Numbered from the stretch's first letter, positions 24,325-34,104 are shown. The stretch: DNA of 36,849 nucleotides from a virus (IMGVR_UViG_3300025841_000012:1-36849); one strand, 5' to 3'. Numbers and translations: made by a program. Notes: generated by a model from the sequence alone, not told the origin.

Positions 24325-25649
24325 ACACGGCGCTTGGTTGAATTCGGCATAAAAGCAAGGCTGTCTAGCTCAAAGTCTGCGCCGCCTACGTTTTTTACCT
24401 CGTGCTGCCAGTTTACCCCGAATAATCCACGCCCAATATCCACCCTGGCAGGCTTCACGGTTGCCGTGGCTGCGCTGAACGTATAGGTATAGGACTGCCC
24501 CTCGACATTACAGGTCAATGTCATTGGCTGCGCGCTCATGGCGTTACAGTAGGCATTCGCCATGCTCTTGATGAATGAACCGTCGAACTGCTCCGTACTC
24601 AAGTCAGATATTCCAGTGGTGATCGTGGCGTTGATCGGCAGACCGTTATCGGTATCACCGGATAACAGGAAAATCCCAGCTTCGTTGCACCCGTAGTAGT
24701 TCTCCCCGATCCGGCAGAAGGAATTGAATTTGAAATCTGCGTATTGAGCGGCAGTAGCCGTGTTGAGATTGAATGACCAGCCATCTGAAAGGCGTTGGTA
24801 ATACCCAATGTTAGCAGCACCTGATACCTTGCCGCCGCCGTGCATGGCAGTTTCAATCCAGTTGACCGCTGCGGTTGCCGTGCCGCTTATCTGCGCGCCG
24901 CCAGTCATCGCTTGAGCGTGGTGCAGAACCGAGATTGCTGCCACCAAAACTGCACCAGATACCTGAATTCCGCCTGCTGGAATATGCGAGAAGTTCAATA
25001 CTGCGACTGAATCAACCAGTGCAGCGCCAGCCACTTTCGCCCCACCGCTCATATCATCATGCTGGTAACTCAGCAGGGTTTGAAATACGATATTTGCTGC
25101 GCCGGATACCTTTGCTCCACCTGAAGCCGTTAGGCTAATCTTGATAGTTGAAAAGTCAGAGATAACCGCCGAGCCGCTGACTTTCGCCCCGCCTGATGGT
25201 TGGCTGGAGAAGGTCGTAACTATCGCGACCCCTGATGCCTGCGCCCCGCCGCTCCCAGCCATTTCTTTCCAGCCGTAAGTCACCGGCGCCGAGCCGCCAG
25301 ATTGCGTGCCGCCCATCATTACCACTTGCGTTATTGTGACCTGAATCGCAGTGACCGTCGCCGTGCCTGATACTTTTACCCCGCCGCTACCTGATGCAAT
25401 CCACGGATCAAGCGCAACGTCCGCCCATCCTGATACCCGCGCACCGCCCGACATCGAATAACTTGTAGTGGATGCAATCGCCTCAGTGAATCCAGGTGAT
25501 AACTGGACTCCACCGCCAGTATAATCGCCAAACAGCGCGGACAAGACAATGCCAGCGGGGGCTGATGGTTCTGCCATCAATACCGACAAAGCCAGCCCCG
25601 TCCGTGCGACGGGTTCGGCTAGTGCCACCGCTGGAAGAATGACAGGCAT
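24321..25649 (-). CDS. Tail-associated protein (442 aa) with about 10 (S/M)GG.(K/Q)VSG.A repeats and a globular C-terminal domain
   Basis: Repeats visible in the translation. C-terminal FNSFCRIGENYYGCNEAGIFLLSGDTDNG...RVDIGRGL...STKRRV domain. Confidence 0.85.
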   Translation of the reverse strand: MPVILPAVALAEPVARTGLALSVLMAEPSAPAGIVLSALFGDYTGGGVQLSPGFTEAIASTTSYSMSGGARVSGWADVALDPWIASGSGGVKVSGTATVTAIQVTITQVVMMGGTQSGGSAPVTYGWKEMAGSGGAQASGVAIVTTFSSQPSGGAKVSGSAVISDFSTIKISLTASGGAKVSGAANIVFQTLLSYQHDDMSGGAKVAGAALVDSVAVLNFSHIPAGGIQVSGAVLVAAISVLHHAQAMTGGAQISGTATAAVNWIETAMHGGGKVSGAANIGYYQRLSDGWSFNLNTATAAQYADFKFNSFCRIGENYYGCNEAGIFLLSGDTDNGLPINATITTGISDLSTEQFDGSFIKSMANAYCNAMSAQPMTLTCNVEGQSYTYTFSAATATVKPARVDIGRGLFGVNWQHEVKNVGGADFELDSLAFMPNSTKRRV

Positions 25650-25658
25650 ATCCGCCCC

Positions 25659-26492
25659 TTAAACCGAAATGGTCGCTTCGGTTAAATTGATTGTGCTGCC
25701 CGAGGTGATCGCCACCGTATCCAGAATGAAATCCGCCGCCGACGTGCCAACCGTGCCTTGCAATACATACGTTCCTTTGACAATACGTGCATAGGTTGCC
25801 GTGCCGGTTGCTACCGCTGCGCTCGATACAAGCGCAGCGGTTAATGCTGAAGCGCCCCCCACTGCTGCCGCCCACGGACTCGTTACGCCATTAGTAAAAC
25901 TCACTAGTAGCGTGCCGGTTGCGGCTAAATCTGCACTGGCAGGCGGCGTACCTGAATACACGTTCGTCACCGAACTGGTGCATAAACCAATCGTGGCCGC
26001 CGTCACATTCATCGCATTAGCAATCGCGTCCACCAGCGCGATATTCATCATCACTGCACCTAATACCTGCGGCATTTTAAAGCTGAAGGCTGTGACCGAT
26101 AGCGGCGTACCTATCGTGGCAGTTAGTGAATCCAGGATTGCCCCGCCACCGCCGCCGGACAAACTAACAGTAGTATCAATAATACCTACCTGACTTTGAT
26201 TGTAGATGCGGATATTTGCCAGTGATGCTACTGTGGTCGATGGTGTGGCGCTTTTTGGTGTGCCTAATGTACTTACACCGACACTGGCTGCGGACATAGA
26301 CGCTCCCAGGGCGAATGACGAAACGGCTGCAAACGGCAATGTTCCGGTTAAAGCCAGCGTAGGGTCGGGTTGTTGTGCGCCAGCATACGGCATGACATAA
26401 AGCGGTTGCACGTAGCTCAAATTCGTTGCCGCCCGCCCCGTTATGGTGTCAACAATGGCATTTTTGTATGCCGCACTCAGGTAGGTAGCCAT
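25659..26492 (-). CDS. Tail/fibre-associated beta-rich protein (277 aa) with two tandem copies of one domain
   Basis: GAGG RBS. The halves share Y.G..P......TGTL, R-I/V and ILD..T...G..I motifs. Confidence 0.85.
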   Translation of the reverse strand: MATYLSAAYKNAIVDTITGRAATNLSYVQPLYVMPYAGAQQPDPTLALTGTLPFAAVSSFALGASMSAASVGVSTLGTPKSATPSTTVASLANIRIYNQSQVGIIDTTVSLSGGGGGAILDSLTATIGTPLSVTAFSFKMPQVLGAVMMNIALVDAIANAMNVTAATIGLCTSSVTNVYSGTPPASADLAATGTLLVSFTNGVTSPWAAAVGGASALTAALVSSAAVATGTATYARIVKGTYVLQGTVGTSAADFILDTVAITSGSTINLTEATISV

Positions 26493-26502
26493 GATCTACC
26501 TC

Positions 26503-26910
26503 TTAAACCTTGGATAACGTGATCTTCGGCGTGATAATGATCTGGTCGCCCGCGTACTGCACCACTTTGCCCGCGACAAAACGCTCCGCCCAAAGCAGCA
26601 CGCCGGTTGTGGTATCTACGACAAAGTAACCGAACACTGTGACCGCCGTTCCTGCGCTGAATGTCCACGTCTGCGCCGCTTGTGAGGCTTCTGCCACGCC
26701 GCCGTTTTGCGCGATTGTCCAACTCCCTTTAACCAGTGACTTCGCTTCGTAGCCGAGCGTTGCCATTTCGGTGTAAGTTGCCGCCACGTCTGTGTCAGCT
26801 GGGATAATGTCGTTAGTGAACAACTTGAGGATTTGATTGCCTGGCGTTGCAAAGCCCAGCATAAAGCCCAGGTTAGTGTTTTCTGATTCGGTTGGAACAA
26901 TTAAAGCCAT
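26503..26910 (-). CDS. Tail/fibre-associated beta-rich protein (135 aa)
   Basis: AGGAG RBS. LKLFTNDIIPADTD...YTE...GYFVV...LLWAERF...GDQIIITP pattern. Confidence 0.85.
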   Translation of the reverse strand: MALIVPTESENTNLGFMLGFATPGNQILKLFTNDIIPADTDVAATYTEMATLGYEAKSLVKGSWTIAQNGGVAEASQAAQTWTFSAGTAVTVFGYFVVDTTTGVLLWAERFVAGKVVQYAGDQIIITPKITLSKV

Positions 26911-26928
26911 GATATTTCTCCTAAAAAA

Positions 26929-28125
26929 TTAACCGCCTGCGATCAGGCCGGATACTTGTGTGTTATTTCCAACCACAACGAACTGCCTTGCGCCGTCCTT
27001 CTCTCGCACTATCGCAGCGACGTTATTCATTTCACCGGATGCGATACTTTTTTCTACCAGTAATTCGACAATTCCGCTATCTTTCCCTATGCATGGGCCA
27101 CGAGAGGTCATCCAGATTGCATCTGTTGTATTCGGGATGGTGGTTGCCGAGTTAGCTTGCGCGCTGAATTCAAGGACAATGCGTTGCACTGCGTCTGGTT
27201 GTCCGGCCATTGGTAGAAAATAGGTATTGTCGGCACACACATAAATGCCATCAGTAACCGAAGCAATTACCGATACCGGCGCGAACTGATAGAAATTCTT
27301 ACGCCGATCAACATGCTCATAATCTTGCGATTCGGTATACCATACAATATGCGTATCTGCTGCATCAATAATAAAAATCCAACCGTTGTAATGCGTCAAA
27401 GCACTACCGAATGGAGGGGGTGATAGGTGTAAGGTCCGCAATGCGTGACCGTTTACCGGTGTGTCTATGCTAGTGAATTGGTCGGTAGGATTGACTTCAG
27501 CAGCCAGATACAGCGTGTCGCCGTTATCGGCTGTGAGGTACAAACGTTTTTTAGTCACGTCCGCATTAACAGGATTCGGCATGGACAGTGTGGTGATACC
27601 GCCATTAACTAATAGGGTTATCGAGGTCAGCGTAGAATTACCAGATTCACGCCCGTCTGCCGCGACATAAGTGACGCACGCCTGATAAATACCAGCGGGT
27701 AGTACACCCGCTGAAGTTATTAACGTAGGTGCGGAAGTCGGATTATCAATTCCCCATGATTCCAGTACGCCATTATTGATCCTAGCGCGAGCCGTTGCAC
27801 AGGTGAGATAGACTATGCTGTTGATTTTTTGGTAGCTGATACGGTTCGTATCGGCAGCAAATGCACCAAGAGCCACGCTTGCGTTACCCGGCACAAACCG
27901 ATACAGCACGTTACTCAACACATAATAGGCTGTCACCCCGTCAGACCAAAGACTATGCGCTCCTGCCAGTGCTAGAGCCAGCGTTGAGCCTTTACGTCTG
28001 CGCAGTCGACCGGAGTCCAAAACATCGGCATTGACGATCCGGCGGGCTACATCATTCGATAATTCGGTATCAGCGTGGATATTATCCATCCCTTTGAAGC
28101 CGCTGAAATTAACGACGGTAGCCAT
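26929..28125 (-). CDS. Putative tail nozzle/stabilisation protein (398 aa)
   Basis: Follows the adaptor with a TAATG overlap. N-terminal FKGMDN...VNADVLDSGRLRRRKG, as in podovirus nozzle-type proteins. Confidence 0.75.
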   Translation of the reverse strand: MATVVNFSGFKGMDNIHADTELSNDVARRIVNADVLDSGRLRRRKGSTLALALAGAHSLWSDGVTAYYVLSNVLYRFVPGNASVALGAFAADTNRISYQKINSIVYLTCATARARINNGVLESWGIDNPTSAPTLITSAGVLPAGIYQACVTYVAADGRESGNSTLTSITLLVNGGITTLSMPNPVNADVTKKRLYLTADNGDTLYLAAEVNPTDQFTSIDTPVNGHALRTLHLSPPPFGSALTHYNGWIFIIDAADTHIVWYTESQDYEHVDRRKNFYQFAPVSVIASVTDGIYVCADNTYFLPMAGQPDAVQRIVLEFSAQANSATTIPNTTDAIWMTSRGPCIGKDSGIVELLVEKSIASGEMNNVAAIVREKDGARQFVVVGNNTQVSGLIAGG

Positions 28126-28832
28126 TACCAGATCATCCGTGTGACTGGCAGGCGCTTATCACGGCGCTTGCGTTGCACGTTCGCGTCTGGCCGATAACCG
28201 AATGACTCAATGAATATCATTTCCTGCTCATCAGCTTTTGCCTTATCGAATCGGTCAGAGTCCTGTTTGAGTAGCGCGCAACGATATATCCACGGCATTA
28301 AGCGCAAGTGATAAAATGTTGGGATTTCAGGAGCAACCGTTGGCGCAGCAGTAGAAAGAGGCGTGAGTAGAGTTCTGTACACGGTCAGGTAAATTTTTGG
28401 CGTAATAAGAATTGTGGCTGCGGTCGGTATTGGCACAAGCCGTAGTGACTGCCCTGTAATAAAATAGCACTTCGGCACGCCGGTTTGTATTTCCCATTGC
28501 TGCCCTGGCAAATTACTGTAGCGGTTATCAATCTTGAAGGCAATCTCATTATCGAGCGATTCAACACTGGATTCTTCCAATTTGATACCAGCATAAGTGA
28601 CGCGCTTCACCTTAATCACCGAGCCATTAAGTGCATAATCTGCCTGACCATTTACTAAGGTAATTTCACAACACACCGCCGTTGTACGATCCTCAATCAA
28701 TAATGCACGTTCACATGCCTCATTCAAAGCAGAATTCAGGTATGATACAATTTCCGCATCTGTCCACGCATAGGGCGCGATCACGTCCTTGCGCTGCAAT
28801 CTGAATTCAGCAATGAAGTCGGTGACGTTCAT
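28125..28832 (-). CDS. Putative head-tail adaptor protein (235 aa)
   Basis: D...PYAWTDAEIVSYLNSALNEAC...LVNGQADYAL...LRLVPIP...PEIP..YH pattern of podovirus adaptors. Confidence 0.8.
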   Translation of the reverse strand: MNVTDFIAEFRLQRKDVIAPYAWTDAEIVSYLNSALNEACERALLIEDRTTAVCCEITLVNGQADYALNGSVIKVKRVTYAGIKLEESSVESLDNEIAFKIDNRYSNLPGQQWEIQTGVPKCYFITGQSLRLVPIPTAATILITPKIYLTVYRTLLTPLSTAAPTVAPEIPTFYHLRLMPWIYRCALLKQDSDRFDKAKADEQEMIFIESFGYRPDANVQRKRRDKRLPVTRMIW

Positions 28833-29173
28833 TTCGACATTTCATCCCAGATAGCGTCTGCTTCGCTACGAGATACGGTGAAACCAACACGTTCGCAGAG
28901 CTTGCCGATTGCCGGTTTACCTTGAGCGGTGAAATCTTCTTCATTGCTTCCTGACAGCATTGCATTCAACGCATCCACAATAACTTGTTTTCGATCAAAG
29001 GATGGCGTGTCGTCTTCTGGTGTGTCATTTACCCCTTCTGGCAAACAACCGTTTGCAATTGCTTCCTTATGAAAACGCTCATCCAGCACACAAGGCGCTA
29101 CGGTAACAATGGCAGTTTGCCCGCTAGTCAGCGCGAGATACACATCTTCGTTAGAATTTGAACGGAATTTCAT
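28829..29173 (-). CDS. Virion-associated hypothetical protein (114 aa)
   Basis: AGGAG RBS. C-terminal DFTAQGKP...L...GFTVSRSEADAIW motif; ATGA overlap with the adaptor. Confidence 0.85.
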   Translation of the reverse strand: MKFRSNSNEDVYLALTSGQTAIVTVAPCVLDERFHKEAIANGCLPEGVNDTPEDDTPSFDRKQVIVDALNAMLSGSNEEDFTAQGKPAIGKLCERVGFTVSRSEADAIWDEMSK

Positions 29174-29187
29174 TTTTTAATCTCCTG

Positions 29188-29212
29188 AATAAAACCCCGG
29201 CGAACCGGGGTT
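29188..29212 (-). terminator. Intrinsic terminator after the decoration-like gene
   Basis: AACCCCGG-TTCG-CCGGGGTT followed by TTATT on the minus strand. Confidence 0.8.
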
Positions 29213-29222
29213 GTGGTTAGGT

Positions 29223-29624
29223 TTAACCTTGGCTGAAAGAAGCACGGCCTTTGACGTAGTACTGCACGCTCAAAGTAGCTGCACCTGCGGTTGCTGCCGC
29301 GCCAACATAAGCGGGCGTTACATTCAGCACTTTTTCGGTATTGGTATGCACAAAGCCGGTCAGCGTCAGCGCGGTACGAGCTGCGATCTTGAGATCAACC
29401 GCAGTCGCATAACGAGTTCCTAGCGTGACATCACCCACGTTTAATGTGGCTGTTGTAGCAGTATTGAATGCAGTTGTGACGGTCAATGCGCCGCCAATAA
29501 TAACTGCATTCTGCGGAATATCCATCGCGGCATAGGCCGTGGCGGTAGTTGGAATGTCGGCAAAGGTGAAGTCAACACTTGCTTGAATCACTTCTTGTCG
29601 GCCTGAGTTCTTGGTAATAGGCAT
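29223..29624 (-). CDS. Putative capsid decoration/cement protein (133 aa)
   Basis: Immediately after MCP, AAGGA RBS. Beta-rich pattern DIPQNAVIIGG.L.VTTAFN...LNVGD. Confidence 0.75.
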   Translation of the reverse strand: MPITKNSGRQEVIQASVDFTFADIPTTATAYAAMDIPQNAVIIGGALTVTTAFNTATTATLNVGDVTLGTRYATAVDLKIAARTALTLTGFVHTNTEKVLNVTPAYVGAAATAGAATLSVQYYVKGRASFSQG

Positions 29625-29651
29625 GATGTTTCCTTTCGTTTAATTTAGATA

Positions 29652-29673
29652 GCGCAAGGCCGAAGCCTTGCGT
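29652..29673 (-). terminator. Stem-loop after the major capsid gene (weak terminator or stability hairpin)
   Basis: CGCAAGGC-TTCG-GCCTTGCG with a cUUCGg loop but a poor U-tract (CTATCT). Confidence 0.65.
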
Positions 29674-29679
29674 AATTAG

Positions 29680-30789
29680 TTAGGCGATGTACGTGTCACA
29701 GGTGACAATACCGAAGTCTTGCACCGAGCCGTTGTAGATACTATAAAACTTAGGCTTGAGCAGACCGAGCATCTTGTCGATATTGATACCTTGCTGACTT
29801 CCGTACTGGAACTCTTTTTCATTCCATTCTGGCGATCCAATATCGGCCATACCAAGTGCTTGCGCACCACATAACAGCGACCTTGTGCCATTGACCGCAC
29901 CACCTGCGCCCCACTTAGAGCCACTAATTGCGCCTTTAGTGGTGTAAACCAAGCGGTGTTCGTGGATCACAGCGCCGTCGATGGTGACTGTACCGCCTGT
30001 AAACCAAGGTGAATCCGTACCTTGCTTGGTTGCTACACCGACCACTGCGCGTTGGTAATCTGCATCTTTTTTCAAAGCTGCTAACGTGCCAGGCGCTACG
30101 AACAGCACGTAGTACTCCTTTCCGCCAGACATCAGCGGTTTGACGTAGTTTTCCTTGGCGTAGGCAATCAAATCAACGATCATCCGATAGCTTGGCAGGT
30201 ACGTGCTGGCAATCGCGCCGGTTGACGACACCTGTAGGCTAGTGCCGTCATACATCAGCGAACGCTTTGACGATGGCGCAGACACATCAGCGGCAAAGGC
30301 CAGGTTAGGGAAAGGTGAGGCGGTGCGAGGCGCGCCGTTATTCATGAAAGCGTAGCTGATACCTGACATTGTGAGGAGTGCCAGTTGGTCAACACGGTTA
30401 GCCAGCCAGTAGGCCAGACGATCCTTACCCATTTCACGGAAGTTGATAACAGATTTCTGATCTGACAACTTACCTTTGTTGCGTACCGAGTGAGTTATCA
30501 GGTCAATGTTAAGCGCAATACTGTACGACTGCATTGCCTCTTCGTTGCCTTCTCGTTCGTTATCACCGATCACACCATCATCAACCAGATCAGCGACCAA
30601 CTGCATCAGCACCTGCTCGCCTTTTTCGGTCTTGGTAAGTTCAGTGACGCGCTGAATGACGGCATTGTCGCCGCTACCCATGAATCGTTTAATAAACATC
30701 TGATCGCGCGCGGCTTGCCATACGTCGCGTGACCAGACAATTTTTTGTTGCGGGGTCAACCCCGAAAAATTAGTTAATCCACCAGCCAT
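29680..30789 (-). CDS. Major capsid protein, N4-gp56/DUF4043-type (369 aa)
   Basis: TAAGGAG RBS; follows the scaffold. Motifs RVTELTKTEKG, GVIGDNEREGNEE, IDGAVIHEH, LLCGAQALG, DFGIV. Confidence 0.9.
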   Translation of the reverse strand: MAGGLTNFSGLTPQQKIVWSRDVWQAARDQMFIKRFMGSGDNAVIQRVTELTKTEKGEQVLMQLVADLVDDGVIGDNEREGNEEAMQSYSIALNIDLITHSVRNKGKLSDQKSVINFREMGKDRLAYWLANRVDQLALLTMSGISYAFMNNGAPRTASPFPNLAFAADVSAPSSKRSLMYDGTSLQVSSTGAIASTYLPSYRMIVDLIAYAKENYVKPLMSGGKEYYVLFVAPGTLAALKKDADYQRAVVGVATKQGTDSPWFTGGTVTIDGAVIHEHRLVYTTKGAISGSKWGAGGAVNGTRSLLCGAQALGMADIGSPEWNEKEFQYGSQQGINIDKMLGLLKPKFYSIYNGSVQDFGIVTCDTYIA

Positions 30790-30944
30790 GATATTCTCCT
30801 TAAATTGATTGCGTAGTTACAGAACTGCTGTAGGCATACGCTGCCAATGCGAGAATTCATGATATTGTCAGCTATCAAGAGGCCGGACGTTTAACGCCTG
30901 TCTTTGGCGAAATCACCAGTTTAGGTGGGGTGAATCATTTTGGC
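30790..30944 (-). promoter_or_regulatory. Structured 155-nt leader of the capsid gene (five consecutive short hairpins)
   Basis: TCACC/GGTGA, CGCC/GGCG, TGATA/TATCA, CGC/GCG and TACAG/CTGTA stems on the minus strand. Confidence 0.4.
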
Positions 30945-31862
30945 TTATGCATCGCCGCGTAATCGTTTCTTTTCTGCTGGAGAGAGGTTTTCAAACTGAT
31001 CCTCTGACATTTCTGCCACGTTTACGCGCCCTGCTGTCGCCCTGTTTCCTGTGCCGACTTGTACCGACGGTGGCTGCAACATTGAATCTGCCGCACCCCG
31101 CGCCGTTGCCGCCGCACTTCTACTATCTGTTTTTCTACTTGAAATCTCACCAGATTGCAATACTTTTCCATTGCCCTCGGGTGAAAATAATGGCGCGATC
31201 TTCGCCACCGCTTCACGCAACGCCACGTCCATAGCTACGCCTTTTGCAATCTTGCTGTCACGCAGCGCGATAATCAACTCCGTGGCTTCCGCCCCCTCTT
31301 CGGTATTCAGGTATGGGTAGGCTTCAAATGAGCGATCCGCTTCCGCCTGTAATGCAGACTCAGCCTGTTGCTGTAGGCTAAACTCTTGTCGTTGTGCGTT
31401 GCGGCTTTCAACTTCAGCTAACATCTGTTCACGCTGGTGAGCGTTAATTTCCCGGCGGATTACTTTCGCCGCTTCTACATCGCCTTCCATAAACGCATCA
31501 ATATAGGCCTGTTCTTTGGCATCTTCGTCAAAGTTTGGCTCAACCTTCGTATCAACCTTTGGCGCACGCAATGACTCAATCACGCGGTTGGCTTCAGCAA
31601 GCGCTTCCTGAAGTTCAATTTTTTTGTGATTAACCTCGTCAAAGCGCGCTTTTGGAATATGGCTAGGCATAGGTTTAGCATCACTTTCATCCGCAACAAC
31701 TGCTGGTGCTATCTCTTCCTTTGCCAACTCCTTGGGATTTTCAACAGCGAGTTCTGGATCAATCTTATCACCACGATCTTCAGGCTCTCCAGGCTCTGGA
31801 TTGGCTTCACCTTCAGCGGCGATCACATCACCCTCTAAATCATCTTTAATATATTGCGACAT
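30945..31862 (-). CDS. Capsid scaffolding protein (305 aa)
   Basis: Between portal and MCP. Acidic N-terminus, IPKARFDEVN, coiled coil, C-terminal MSEDQFENLSPAEKKRLRGD. Confidence 0.88.
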   Translation of the reverse strand: MSQYIKDDLEGDVIAAEGEANPEPGEPEDRGDKIDPELAVENPKELAKEEIAPAVVADESDAKPMPSHIPKARFDEVNHKKIELQEALAEANRVIESLRAPKVDTKVEPNFDEDAKEQAYIDAFMEGDVEAAKVIRREINAHQREQMLAEVESRNAQRQEFSLQQQAESALQAEADRSFEAYPYLNTEEGAEATELIIALRDSKIAKGVAMDVALREAVAKIAPLFSPEGNGKVLQSGEISSRKTDSRSAAATARGAADSMLQPPSVQVGTGNRATAGRVNVAEMSEDQFENLSPAEKKRLRGDA

Positions 31863-31899
31863 CTTTAGTTCCTTTCAGTTTAGTTACACACGATCAAAA

Positions 31900-31929
31900 A
31901 ATATGACATTACACGACACGGCGCGTCAA
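31900..31929 (-). promoter_or_regulatory. Possible promoter upstream of scaffold (TTGACG-N18-CATATT with TGn extension)
   Basis: Intergenic, by-eye consensus match only. Confidence 0.3.
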
Positions 31930-31950
31930 TCAATAATTCCTTAAATCAGT

Positions 31951-34104
31951 TCATACTCTTACCCCGTCAGGTCGTTGTGTTTCAATTCCAGCCATTTCAC
32001 CTATGCCAGGTGTTGCTGGCATAACAGGGGCTGGCGGCATTACCGGGTCGGTGTTAGTGGGTTGATTGACTTGTGGCACGGCCATACCTTGCGGTTGCGG
32101 ATAGTTTGGATCGATACCGGCAGGATTTGGAGCCTGGTAGCCAGCCGATTGCATAATTGCATCAGCTATTGGCGCAACCTGCGGTATTTGTGCCACAACT
32201 TGACCGGCTTGCATTGAGGCGTAGGCCGATTCCACGCCAATCTTGACTTTGTTGGCAATCGAGGTATCAGCATCAGCATCCGTCTTGCGCGCTTGGGCTT
32301 TGAGCAATTCCGCTTTCGCTTCAAGTGTTGGATCGGCAGGTGCTGGCTGTATATTTGCCAGAATTTCATGTTTATCTTTATTAGTCAGATTACTGTAACG
32401 AATTACAGTCGCGTCTGGGATTGCTACACCCTCCTTACGCATTTCAAGCGCCTGCTGGAACTGACTATTTGCGAATGTGACATGCATCGGCTGCTCGGAA
32501 ATCACCACGTCATACGTGCCGATTGTCAGGTCATTAAAATAACTGCCTGTTTCAGGCACAAACTTATTGATTTCCAACAAGGTTTCGATTTCCTTGCCGG
32601 TTATTGGGTCGGTATCAGTGATTTTGAACACACGGTAGCTGTCGTAATAACGCTGCACTAGCTTAATAATGCGCTTAGCCAACAGTAAACGGGTATAGGC
32701 TAAGTTGTCCTGCGGGATCGCCAGTTGCTGTTGGCTGGCGAATTGATCGGCCTGTTTCGCTACACCAGAAACCGAACTTCCCTGCAATCCTCGCATCGAG
32801 TCCGGTACTGTTACATCTTTAAGCGCCTGAGTAGCACGATCAATCAACCTATCAACCCCTGTCGGCACTTGATTTGGCTGTATTTTTGTAGGCTGGTTTG
32901 AGCCTTTTTTATGTTCCAGCACCAGCCCGGTCATCGCTCCGATTTCGGTTAGCTCGTCAGTGTCCATGTTGGTTAAACTATTTTCCTCAACTACCCACCC
33001 TGAATTTGCTGAGCTGTTGATAATATGAACAAACTGCGATACCGCTTTATTTAGCGCCTCTTGTGGGCCGATTGCGTTGTCCACCATTCCGCGTGTCTTG
33101 CCGCGACGGAAATAGCTGAAATAAGGAATAATGGTAAAATGTTCGTATGGACTGTACTCATCAAACAATGTTGCGCAGTACGTGGATACTGTCCATCTGA
33201 TTCTCTTGCGCATCCGACTGGCTTTGACTGCACCTCTAGCTTGAGCATCGGCCAGTTGTGCTGTGGTCATATCTGCAATAATCTTAATATCGCCCGATTC
33301 AGGATAGACCATGCACGGGGTTTGTTCATAAACGAATTTCTGACGATCAACAATGCGATACCTTTTGATGTTATCGGTGTCGTTGCTATTGGTGTAGGCA
33401 TCGTATAATCCGTAACGCCCTTGCACTAAATTACCGAACTTATTGCGGTCTGGCTCTGCGTCTAGCGTGCCGAAGTCGGCAGACGAATCATAGGTTTGTT
33501 CCGCTTTATCTCTAGCCTTTGCCCCGTACCGTTGCTCAATCTGTCCTAAACTCAGCCAGCGTGTGATAATCACATCCGCCCACTTATCAGGATCGTAGTT
33601 TTTTGCATCTGGGTCAGGGATGACATCCATAGGATCGAGCGTTTCAACCTCAATTTCTCCCTTGATATTCTTGTCGAAGTTAACTCTCATATCATAATAG
33701 CCGCGCTGCTCAATCAATCCATCTGAATACAGTTGGGTTTCGTGCCAATGTAAAGCTATTTGGTCACACACCTGTTTCACGACTTTGCTTAGTATCGTGG
33801 CCTTATCCATATCCGACTCTCCACCACGCGGCTTGAATGCGATGTCCATGCGATTTTGAATCTGGTAGCCTACCGCTGAATTTATTGACGGCATTATCTC
33901 GTTGAACTCGTAGAACGGACGTTTTTGCCTGGACAGTACCGTTTTATCGGCTTCCGCCCACTGCTCACCACCGCCTAGGTACATGCCTTCGCATTTACGC
34001 GCCTGCTCCATATATTGCAGGTGACCTCGATCTTTACCATACAGATACCTGTGCCAGTTCTCGCGGGCTACGTCATCGAATCCGGAAACAGTTTGTTTAG
34101 TCAT
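31951..34104 (-). CDS. Portal protein, P22-like (717 aa)
   Basis: Follows TerL. Y.GG.QW...RP...FNEI, DPDAKNYDPDKWADV, GMVDNAIGPQEALNK, SGVA, DLTIGTYDVVI; Q/P-rich tail. Confidence 0.9.
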   Translation of the reverse strand: MTKQTVSGFDDVARENWHRYLYGKDRGHLQYMEQARKCEGMYLGGGEQWAEADKTVLSRQKRPFYEFNEIMPSINSAVGYQIQNRMDIAFKPRGGESDMDKATILSKVVKQVCDQIALHWHETQLYSDGLIEQRGYYDMRVNFDKNIKGEIEVETLDPMDVIPDPDAKNYDPDKWADVIITRWLSLGQIEQRYGAKARDKAEQTYDSSADFGTLDAEPDRNKFGNLVQGRYGLYDAYTNSNDTDNIKRYRIVDRQKFVYEQTPCMVYPESGDIKIIADMTTAQLADAQARGAVKASRMRKRIRWTVSTYCATLFDEYSPYEHFTIIPYFSYFRRGKTRGMVDNAIGPQEALNKAVSQFVHIINSSANSGWVVEENSLTNMDTDELTEIGAMTGLVLEHKKGSNQPTKIQPNQVPTGVDRLIDRATQALKDVTVPDSMRGLQGSSVSGVAKQADQFASQQQLAIPQDNLAYTRLLLAKRIIKLVQRYYDSYRVFKITDTDPITGKEIETLLEINKFVPETGSYFNDLTIGTYDVVISEQPMHVTFANSQFQQALEMRKEGVAIPDATVIRYSNLTNKDKHEILANIQPAPADPTLEAKAELLKAQARKTDADADTSIANKVKIGVESAYASMQAGQVVAQIPQVAPIADAIMQSAGYQAPNPAGIDPNYPQPQGMAVPQVNQPTNTDPVMPPAPVMPATPGIGEMAGIETQRPDGVRV

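Noticed and set aside
29625-29682. Read-through or frameshift fusing MCP to the decoration protein
   Set aside because: The genes are in different frames, no slippery site was seen, and the downstream gene has its own RBS.
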